Part shown: one piece after another, positions 9,052 to 16,215 of the stretch
Numbering within the stretch: position 1 is the stretch's first letter
Layout: every line of letters begins with the position of its first letter
Assembly: GCA_043732305.1 (NCBI GenBank)
Contig: JAYTHU010000042.1
Coordinates: 1-16,652 of the forward strand
DNA from: Oligoflexia bacterium
GTDB lineage: Bacteria; Bdellovibrionota; Bdellovibrionia; JABDDW01
Reading direction: 5' to 3'
Length of the DNA stretch: 16,652 bases
The notes under the pieces: model-generated
The model's input: only the letters and a program-made list of their open reading frames with translations
The model's database searches: none
Told to the model about the DNA's origin: nothing
Made by a program: the position numbers and the translations under genes

Positions 9052-9741
9052 TTAAACAGCCTTTCTTTCTGAACTGGCAGTTTTTGCAAAAGCTTTTTTG
9101 TCGTCGAAAGGTTCAAAGTTACGGGACACAAGAACGTCCACAACTTTAGCGCTGTTGGAAACAATTTCTTCAATCAATTTGTTCTGCTTGGCTTGCAAGA
9201 ATGCGTAAAAGATCATGACTGGAATCGCCACGAACAAACCCATTGCAGTGGTATTCATAGAAATGGAAATACCTTGTGCAAGAAGAGTTTGTTTTTGAGA
9301 AGGATCTGCAAAACTCACCGCTTGGAAAGACGTGATCAAACCGTGAATGGTTCCGAGCAAACCCATAAGAGTTGCAACGTTTGCAATCATGGCGAGATAA
9401 CCTAGATTTTTAGTCACTTGAGAAACAACTTCCATCGACGCAATATCATGGGCGTTGTGAATATTTTGATCATCACGATCTGAACGTTCCAAAATACTCT
9501 TCACTACTTTAGGCAGCAAAGATGTTTTTTGAGACGCGCAAAGTGCAATGGCTTCTTCTGTCTTATCGTTTAGAAGAAACGTTTTGATTTGCTTCATGAA
9601 TTCTTCCGACTTCAATGAATATTTAAAATAAAGTGCATACACTCGCTCAGCAATGACCGCACAGCCAAACATGGCCAGTAGAATCATTCCGTAAACTGGT
9701 ACTCCACCATCTGACATGAACTTTCCGAAATCTGTAAACAT
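9052..9741 (-). CDS. aglR: MotA/TolQ/ExbB proton-channel protein, AglR-like
   Basis: 229 aa. GGVPVY...IAERVYAL, LGYLAMIANVATLMGLLGTIHGLITSF, LAQGISISMNTTAMGLFVAIP; three TM segments. GGAGG SD present. Confidence 0.9.
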   Translation of the reverse strand: MFTDFGKFMSDGGVPVYGMILLAMFGCAVIAERVYALYFKYSLKSEEFMKQIKTFLLNDKTEEAIALCASQKTSLLPKVVKSILERSDRDDQNIHNAHDIASMEVVSQVTKNLGYLAMIANVATLMGLLGTIHGLITSFQAVSFADPSQKQTLLAQGISISMNTTAMGLFVAIPVMIFYAFLQAKQNKLIEEIVSNSAKVVDVLVSRNFEPFDDKKAFAKTASSERKAV

Positions 9742-9777
9742 TGCTATATCCTCCGCTTCCCTTTTTTTGTCTCTGAT

Positions 9778-10788
9778 CTAAATTGTTGCTGGTGCAAATT
9801 TAACGCTAACTAATGCATTTGCTGGTGGAACACTCTTGCCGTTGAATTCAATAATGAATCCACTAGCGATATAGATCCAACCGTTGTTTGGATCTTGCGG
9901 AACCAAAACTCCATTCACAAAAACTTGAATGGTGGATGGGTCCGCTGCCCTGCCCAAGCTAAATTGGGTAAGCATAGAAGCAATGCGAGATTGCAAATCT
10001 GATGTCGCTTGCACTAAATCCGCACCGCAAATTGAATCCGCCACGCCGTTTGAAGCGTTTGATAAATCCAAAAATCTGACTCCGATAGAAGCATATTGAT
10101 TGTATGTGGTGCACTGACTGCTCAAGGCTTGCACCACAAAACTATTTGCAATCCAACCTTGATATCCGTAAGGAAACTGAGGTTTAAGACTGGTTAAAAA
10201 AGTTTCATAATTTGTGGAAGCTCCACTGCTGGCATCATTTTGATCAGACACAAAGAGAACGGCGAGAAGTGCAGATGGTCTTAAAAATCCGGAATTGACG
10301 CCTGTGATATTAGTTCTGCTCAATGCTGCTTGCATCGCTTCTAATCCACGAGGAAGATCACTACCACTTGTTCCCACATTCATGTTGTTGATAAAATTTT
10401 GTTTGAGGTTTGCAGTCGATCTGGACAGTACCGCGGGAGATCCTACAAATTGTCCTTTTTGACCAGTACCGCTCATGTCCATGGTGGTCACGGCAATGTG
10501 GAAATCAAATTGGCTTGAAGACAAATAATCAATAAATGATCCAAAGCTTGAAGCGAGTTGAGAATTCTTAGTGCTCATGGAACTTGTGCTCGACGTCACA
10601 ACTAAAATATCCACTTGAGAATTGATCGTGACTTGCTGTCCAAAACTCTGCGCTTGATTTTGTATCCCAAAACCAGCACTGGTGCATCCGCTTCCAAATC
10701 CTAGACAAGCAAGTCCAGCGGTCAAAGTGACAATCACTTTACCTGTTGGAAGATTCTTGTTTGTCTGGTTTGCTGAAGTCATCTGCAC
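9778..10788 (-). CDS. VWA-like (integrin I-like) putative lipoprotein with a degenerate MIDAS motif and a C-terminal beta-sandwich
   Basis: 336 aa, GTG start after AAGGAAAG. Hydrophobic leader with candidate lipid-attachment cysteines (GLAC, GSGC). Motifs VDILVVTSSTSSM, DFHIAVTTMD, FLRPSALLAVLFVSDQND, SIC, and C-terminal TIQVFVNG...GWIY...IEFNG..VPP. Confidence 0.78.
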   Translation of the reverse strand: MQMTSANQTNKNLPTGKVIVTLTAGLACLGFGSGCTSAGFGIQNQAQSFGQQVTINSQVDILVVTSSTSSMSTKNSQLASSFGSFIDYLSSSQFDFHIAVTTMDMSGTGQKGQFVGSPAVLSRSTANLKQNFINNMNVGTSGSDLPRGLEAMQAALSRTNITGVNSGFLRPSALLAVLFVSDQNDASSGASTNYETFLTSLKPQFPYGYQGWIANSFVVQALSSQCTTYNQYASIGVRFLDLSNASNGVADSICGADLVQATSDLQSRIASMLTQFSLGRAADPSTIQVFVNGVLVPQDPNNGWIYIASGFIIEFNGKSVPPANALVSVKFAPATI

Positions 10789-10803
10789 TTTACTTTCCTT
10801 TTC

Positions 10804-11622
10804 CTAAGCCACGTCTTCAATCAACGTTTTAATCAAATCTTTTTCATGTTTGGGAATATTCACAAACTTGATGGCGTAAATGAGGGGAGCATTTCTGTCT
10901 TTGAGGTTTTTCACAAATTTCTTGCTCACCACTTCGCACAGAACATTAAATGATTGAGTTCTATCTCCAGGTCTAAAATGCACATAGACATTTTGACCGG
11001 GCATGAGCATGGCGTTTTGAATCACCGCACCGGCTCCGCCTTCACTGAGTTCAGTCACGTAACCGGACCAGAATGTTTTATTGTTGTGAGCAACAATTTC
11101 ACATTTGTAGGGCATGCGATCTACTTTGCGTTTGACAAAGATATCTTCTTTTTTGGCTTCTTTGCTTTTTTGCAAATGGCGAATGTGTTCCGCCGAAAAT
11201 TCAGGAATCTCTGCTAAGCGCAACCATGTTTCCATTCCCTGCTTCCAACCGTGTTCATATTCAAAAACATGTTTCTGCTGAAGCATTTTCAAAACATCAG
11301 GATAAGTAAACGGTCCAGTCTTCTCACCGTTCTTAAGCAAAAACCAAAGTGAATCAGGTCCACTGGGACTTGCAAGAGACATGGCAAGCGCTGGTGCCGG
11401 ATGAAATGGCAGAGCAGGAAGAGTCACAGTCGGGGCCGTAGCAGTCTTTTGATAGTCAGAATATTCGCGGTGCTCAGAAATCATGACCCACTGATCCGAT
11501 TCTGCTAAATATATAGTATCTGTTTCCAATAGTTTTTTCACGTTCACAAGCTCCAGAATCTTTGACAATTCATATGGACCTTGATTGGACGCACTTGAGC
11601 TATTAACAAAATATTTTTTCAT
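10804..11622 (-). CDS. Tandem GYF_2 (DUF4339) domains plus C-terminal PilZ domain protein
   Basis: 272 aa, no TM or signal peptide. Repeat 1: YF...NQGPYELSKILEL...DTIY....DQW. Pro-rich linker. Repeat 2: WFLLKNGEKTGPFTYPDVLKML...WKQGMETWLRLAEIPEF. PilZ signature: RKVDR (RxxxR) ...ELSEGG...CEVV...YAIKF. Confidence 0.82.
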   Translation of the reverse strand: MKKYFVNSSSASNQGPYELSKILELVNVKKLLETDTIYLAESDQWVMISEHREYSDYQKTATAPTVTLPALPFHPAPALAMSLASPSGPDSLWFLLKNGEKTGPFTYPDVLKMLQQKHVFEYEHGWKQGMETWLRLAEIPEFSAEHIRHLQKSKEAKKEDIFVKRKVDRMPYKCEIVAHNNKTFWSGYVTELSEGGAGAVIQNAMLMPGQNVYVHFRPGDRTQSFNVLCEVVSKKFVKNLKDRNAPLIYAIKFVNIPKHEKDLIKTLIEDVA

Positions 11623-11666
11623 AACAATATACCTTTGCTTTGTAAAATATCTTAACTTTCAATAAT

Positions 11667-11693
11667 TTATCGGCCCGGCCCGCCGCAATATTA
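11667..11693 (-). promoter_or_regulatory. sigma28 (FliA)-type promoter upstream of the gliding gene string
   Basis: The minus strand reads TAAT-attgcggcgggccgg(15 nt)-GCCGATAA against the consensus TAAA-N15-GCCGATAA: perfect -10, 3/4 -35 and exact spacing. The -10 ends 44 nt before the ATG at 11622. Confidence 0.7.
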
Positions 11694-11766
11694 AATCTAA
11701 AAAAAAGTGATTAAATTTTCGACGATTTATTTGAGATTTTTATTAACTTTGGCATCACGACTAGAT

Positions 11767-11810
11767 CTTGGATAGACTTGTGCCAGAACTTAGATAGACT
11801 TTGGTACAGA
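11767..11810. repeat. Imperfect direct repeat with 22-bp period in the divergent intergenic region
   Basis: CTTgGATAGACTTgtgcCAGA and CTTaGATAGACTTtggtaCAGA; the GATAGACTT core is at 11771 and 11793. Confidence 0.45.
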
Positions 11811-11879
11811 GTTTTTAAATTTGCATTCTGCAACCCATACACGCCATTATGATTCATCAGCGAAAGGGACTTACAACTC

Positions 11880-12626
11880 ATGGATTCATTCGACATTATT
11901 AAAAGCTTACAATCAAAGCTCAAGCATGGAGAAAAAATCACGGCCATCTTTGATTTGGACAGCACTCTTTTCGACGTGAGCCCCCGCATTGCAAAAATAT
12001 TGAATGATTTCGGAGCTACAGCTGAATTTCAAATCAGCCATCCTGCAGAGACGGATATTCTTGCTCAAATCGTCGCCCATCCGACTGACTTTGGGGTGAA
12101 GAAAACACTTGAGAGAAATAATTTTCCAATTAGGGATATGGATTTTGTGGATAAAATTGTTGAATTTTGGAAACGAGAATTTTTCTCCGGCAATTATTTA
12201 AAATATGACAAACCATATGCGGGAGCAGTTGATTTTGTAAAAAATCTTCAACGTATTGGAGCAAAAATTTTATATCTTACTGGCCGAGATGCCCCGAGAA
12301 TGAAGAAAAAGACTATTGAGTCACTCATTGAACATGGATTTCCATTATCATCCAATGCTGAAAATCTATTTCTTAAACCCGACACAAGCATCAGTGACGT
12401 TGAATTCAAGAAGCGCTTTTTTCAAAGCTTCGTTGCCGCGTCGGAAATCGAAATCGGAAAAATAAAAACTCAAGATCACATTATCTTCTTCGAAAACGAA
12501 CCCGCCAACATTGTAGTCGCCATTCAAGCCATCCCGGACATCGAAATTATATTTCTCGACACCGTCCACTCCGAAACAACTCCTGTTCCCCCAGCTACGA
12601 TTTCCCGCATCAACCGCTGGACTTGA
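11880..12626 (+). CDS. HAD-superfamily hydrolase (putative phosphatase)
   Basis: 248 aa. Motif I AIFDLDSTLFD, motif II YLTGR, motif III LFLKP/K, motif IV FFENEPAN. AAGGGA SD-like sequence upstream. Confidence 0.85.
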   Translation: MDSFDIIKSLQSKLKHGEKITAIFDLDSTLFDVSPRIAKILNDFGATAEFQISHPAETDILAQIVAHPTDFGVKKTLERNNFPIRDMDFVDKIVEFWKREFFSGNYLKYDKPYAGAVDFVKNLQRIGAKILYLTGRDAPRMKKKTIESLIEHGFPLSSNAENLFLKPDTSISDVEFKKRFFQSFVAASEIEIGKIKTQDHIIFFENEPANIVVAIQAIPDIEIIFLDTVHSETTPVPPATISRINRWT

Positions 12627-12688
12627 AAGGAAAGCTCGTAGGATGAGGAAGATTTGAATACGCGAAAACTCGAGTCCGGATAGAAAAA

Positions 12689-14080
12689 TTAATTAATTTT
12701 AATGACGGTCAAAGCATCGGAGACAGAATTTTCAAACTTGTCCATGCTGTAAAAGACCCCGGCGGATGTTAGTTTGGCCTGCAAGGATTTAAAATATGGC
12801 GCCGCACCCGCTGAATTTTCAATGACCCAAGTTTTCCGAGTCAGCATCCCACGATGAGACGTTGCATTTGTAGACTCCGACTTTCCATGAGTCAAAGTGA
12901 GAACAAAATTTTGCAGACCTTCTTCAGATGAATCGAGCGGCCTAACTTCTATGTGATTCTGATCAAAGTAAGGCGTTGCAATGCTTATGAAGCGCGTTGT
13001 CACGGCCACAGTCCCGCCTTCAATCGACATCTCGCGAGCGAGCCTGTTCCATGGCGCTTTCACTGGGAAATAAACACGAGGCAACCAAGCCAACATGATC
13101 ACCGAAAAAGTAACTGCGGCCATGATGAATGGACGCTTCTTAAGAGAGATGAGACAAGCACATAGAATTAAAATGAAAAACGGATTTAGAAAGATAAAAT
13201 CTTCAGGCCAGAGGAAGTTCTTATTAAAAATCAAAGAGGCAACTTCACCGATGGTTAAACAGAAAATGATTGCACCAATTAGAAATCCGAAAATAATTAG
13301 GCGCCGGGGATCTTTTTTGATTTCGAAGAAACAACCCATGAAAAAAATTGGATACCAGGCGCAGGCCCAATAGGAAAGGTGACAAAGATGATGGTAAATT
13401 TCAAAAGGAGAAAAGTGCAAAGCCCTGAATGCAAAATATCCAGCAACAAACAAAGCAACAACGATGAACCCGGATAAAATAAGTCGCTTTTTAGATTGTT
13501 GTGATTCGCGTGGACTTTTTCCGACAGCGATCACCAATCCCTCAAACAAAATTAAAACTAGCCCTGCATATCCCACCAGCAACAAAAATAAACAACTGTA
13601 GATATAACTCGCCCGCTTCCCGTTTTTAAAATAGTAATTGAAAAACCAATAAATATTTACAACCGCTGCCAATTCTAAAAATGCATAAGCTCCCGTTTCT
13701 TGCGCGGACAAAACACTGTAAGCAGAAACCGCATGAAAGAACATCGCTAACAAAGAAATCTCTTCGCTTTCGAAGATCAAAAATGCCAGACGTCCAACCA
13801 TCCACGTAGCCATCATGGAAAAAAATAATGACAGCGCACGCGTGGATACTTCATCGATCCCCACCGAACTCACCCAAATCTTCAAAACGCAGTCATAAAA
13901 AACGTTATTATTTTTAAGCAACCCTGGAATACCCATCGCGAAAATTTGGGACCAGCCACGAGTAACGAGATGCAATAGATTTATTTCTTCTAGGGAATAA
14001 CTTTGGTCACCGATTTTATAGAATCGCACAAAGGCGGAGAGCAAAAAAACAAGCATGGCAATAAGATTATATTTTCTCAC
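12689..14080 (-). CDS. Polytopic membrane GT-C fold glycosyltransferase (GT39/PMT_2/ArnT-like), divergent
   Basis: 463 aa with many hydrophobic segments. Motifs RFYKIGDQSYSLEE, W...GIDEVSTRALSLFFS, SAQETGAYA, and a soluble C-terminal tail after KAPWNRLA. The GTG start directly follows the Nudix stop. Confidence 0.72.
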   Translation of the reverse strand: MRKYNLIAMLVFLLSAFVRFYKIGDQSYSLEEINLLHLVTRGWSQIFAMGIPGLLKNNNVFYDCVLKIWVSSVGIDEVSTRALSLFFSMMATWMVGRLAFLIFESEEISLLAMFFHAVSAYSVLSAQETGAYAFLELAAVVNIYWFFNYYFKNGKRASYIYSCLFLLLVGYAGLVLILFEGLVIAVGKSPRESQQSKKRLILSGFIVVALFVAGYFAFRALHFSPFEIYHHLCHLSYWACAWYPIFFMGCFFEIKKDPRRLIIFGFLIGAIIFCLTIGEVASLIFNKNFLWPEDFIFLNPFFILILCACLISLKKRPFIMAAVTFSVIMLAWLPRVYFPVKAPWNRLAREMSIEGGTVAVTTRFISIATPYFDQNHIEVRPLDSSEEGLQNFVLTLTHGKSESTNATSHRGMLTRKTWVIENSAGAAPYFKSLQAKLTSAGVFYSMDKFENSVSDALTVIKIN

Positions 14081-14665
14081 TTACCTAGAACTCTTCAAAG
14101 GCAGATGTTTTAAGGCTAAAAACAAGGAAGCCAAAATAAGCGAATGCTTTATTTGTCCGTTCGCAACCATTTCTAACAACTCATCAACCGAGGCCGTGAA
14201 AACTTCTATGTCTTCAAACTCGTCCAATTTCTGCGCTTGTTTTAACTCACAACCTTGAGCCAAATAAGTCCATAGCTTGTTGTTTAACATTGCGGGATTT
14301 GGATTATGCCATCCAATAAGTTCTACTTTTTCAGGAACGTAACCGGTCTCTTCCGCAAGTTCGCGAATCCCTGCTGCTTCAGGCTCTTCATTGAACCGGC
14401 AATCAACTGCGCCACCAGGAATCTCAATCATAACTGTACCGGCGGCATGACGATATTGCCTGATGAGCACAACTTCACCAGTCTTGGTGATGGGGATGAT
14501 ATTGACCCAATCTGAAAATTCAAAAACGTAATATTTTGACATGATTCTGCCATCCGGAAACTGAAGAGCATCGGATCTCATTCTGAAAAAAGGACTTTTA
14601 AACAGCTCAGTTGAACTGAGAGCCGTCCAGATTGTCTTGTCCTCTTTGTTGTTGTTGCGCGCCAT
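14081..14665 (-). CDS. Nudix hydrolase, ADP-ribose pyrophosphatase (NudF)-like
   Basis: 194 aa. VLIRQYR, IEIPGG, Nudix box GAVDCRFNEEPEAAGIRELAEETGY (with a 2-residue insertion), PNP, LDEFEDIEV. GGAG SD present. Confidence 0.88.
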   Translation of the reverse strand: MARNNNKEDKTIWTALSSTELFKSPFFRMRSDALQFPDGRIMSKYYVFEFSDWVNIIPITKTGEVVLIRQYRHAAGTVMIEIPGGAVDCRFNEEPEAAGIRELAEETGYVPEKVELIGWHNPNPAMLNNKLWTYLAQGCELKQAQKLDEFEDIEVFTASVDELLEMVANGQIKHSLILASLFLALKHLPLKSSR

Positions 14666-14691
14666 GAGAAACTCCGATAAACATTCTTAAC

Positions 14692-15474
14692 ATGGATCTA
14701 GAAAAACTTGAGAAAAAAATATTTAAAGGCGTAGGCCAAGCGATCTCGGATTTCTCCATGATCGAAGACGGCGACAAAATCATGGTTGGCGTCAGCGGCG
14801 GGAAAGATTCTTGGGTGCTGCTGCATATTTTAAATGATCTTAAAAAAAGAGCACCTGTCGATTTTGAAATCATCGCCACAAATCTTGATCAAGGGTACGA
14901 AGGTTTCAGAACTGATATTATCGAAGACTACTTCGAAAAACATGCCATCCCTTATCACATGGCTTTCAAAGATATCAATGGCATCGTCCAAGAAAAAAAT
15001 AGTAAGAATGCCACTTGGTGCTCACTTTGCTCGCGCCTCAGACGCGGAACAATGTATGGATTGGCAGAAGAGCTAGGCTGCAATAAAATTGCTCTTGGCC
15101 ATCATCTTGACGACATGGTTGAAACTCTGCTCCTCAACGCATTTTTCATCGGCAGATTGGGCTCTATGTCTCCGAAGTTGAGATCTGACGATGGAAAAAA
15201 CGTAGTGATCCGGCCACTCATTTACGTTGAAGAAGATGACATAAGAACTTACGCTAAATCAAAAGAATTTCCAGTGGTCTGCTGTCAATGTCCACTCATG
15301 TGCGGAGAAACGGTTCATGGAGATTTCAAACGTAGGCGCGTGAAACAACTTTTGACGTCGCTGCAAAAAGAAATTCCCGGAATTAAAAATTCATTGCTCG
15401 CGAGTCTCAAGAATGTTCACCCCACTCACCTGCTCGACAAAGATCTTTGGACTTTTGATGCAAAAAATCTTTAA
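14692..15474 (+). CDS. ttcA: tRNA 2-thiocytidine(32) synthetase TtcA
   Basis: 260 aa. PP-loop GVSGGKDS, CSLCSRLRRG, KIALGHHLDD, MSPKLRSDDG..VVIRPL, and a second Cys cluster CCQCPLMC. Confidence 0.93.
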   Translation: MDLEKLEKKIFKGVGQAISDFSMIEDGDKIMVGVSGGKDSWVLLHILNDLKKRAPVDFEIIATNLDQGYEGFRTDIIEDYFEKHAIPYHMAFKDINGIVQEKNSKNATWCSLCSRLRRGTMYGLAEELGCNKIALGHHLDDMVETLLLNAFFIGRLGSMSPKLRSDDGKNVVIRPLIYVEEDDIRTYAKSKEFPVVCCQCPLMCGETVHGDFKRRRVKQLLTSLQKEIPGIKNSLLASLKNVHPTHLLDKDLWTFDAKNL

Positions 15475-15495
15475 ATTCTTACCAGGCTTGTCATT

Positions 15496-16215
15496 GTGGG
15501 CTTAACTTTGGTGAGTGTTCCTATCGGAAATCTCGGCGACATCACTCTTCGCGCAATCGAAACTCTCAAGACTGCCGACTTCATAATTTGCGAAGAGATC
15601 AGACCTGCCGAAACTTTGCTAAAACGATTTGGAATTACCGTTCTCACCGGAGCATCACTTTCTAAAAAACAAGAAATGCAAAGTGAAGAAGCTGAAATTC
15701 CTCCCAAAGAAATTTTCCAGCTCAATGAACATTCGACAGACGCAGAGTTGAAAGCATTATTGAAGCTATGCCGTGATTTCAACGTGGCGCTAATCAGTGA
15801 CTGTGGCACTCCCGGATTTTGCGATCCCGGAGCGAACCTTGCCGATTTGTGCATGCGAGATAAAATCCCGGTTGACGCAAATCCCGGCGCGTCGAGCCTC
15901 ATGACACTTCTCACCTTGAGCGGGCACCGCGTGGACGAATTTTATTTCGCCGGATTTCTGCCCTCTGGAACTGCTGAACGCACTCAAAAGATTCAGGAGC
16001 TCTCTCGATTTAAAACCAATCTAATTTTTATGGACACACCTTACCGCTTGGACAAACTTCTCACGGAGCTGACTCCAGGCTTTGGTTCTAATAAGGCTGT
16101 TTTGGGATTTGACCTGACAGGAAAAGAACAACACGTCGAGCGCGGAGATATCGCAAAACTCGCGTCCCGAAAATGGGGCAAATTCCCATTTGTCCTGCTT
16201 GTTCTCAAATCTTAA
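15496..16215 (+). CDS. rsmI: 16S rRNA (cytidine1402-2'-O)-methyltransferase RsmI-like
   Basis: 239 aa, GTG start. Motifs LVSVPIGNLGDITLRAIETL..AD.I.CEE, ALISDCGTPGFCDPG, PGASS, FYFAGFLP, FMDTPYRL. Confidence 0.85.
   Translation: MGLTLVSVPIGNLGDITLRAIETLKTADFIICEEIRPAETLLKRFGITVLTGASLSKKQEMQSEEAEIPPKEIFQLNEHSTDAELKALLKLCRDFNVALISDCGTPGFCDPGANLADLCMRDKIPVDANPGASSLMTLLTLSGHRVDEFYFAGFLPSGTAERTQKIQELSRFKTNLIFMDTPYRLDKLLTELTPGFGSNKAVLGFDLTGKEQHVERGDIAKLASRKWGKFPFVLLVLKS

Noticed and set aside
8013..9741. Interpretation as a plain TonB-ExbBD or Tol-Pal operon
   Set aside because: There are two TolR-like genes with AglQ/AglS-type motifs followed by gltD-G-like genes, and no tolB, pal or TonB-dependent receptor in the window.
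11748..11850. Several TGGCA/TGGTA elements resembling sigma54 -24 boxes
   Set aside because: None has a GC -12 element at the required 10-nt spacing.
11711..11989. 92-aa minus-strand ORF
   Set aside because: Overlaps the well-supported HAD gene in antisense and covers probable promoter DNA; no family features.
13095..13373. Lys-rich 92-aa plus-strand ORF
   Set aside because: Antisense shadow of the Phe/Leu-rich TM codons of the glycosyltransferase.
15471..15914. 147-aa minus-strand ORF
   Set aside because: Antisense to rsmI, whose conserved motifs are clear.
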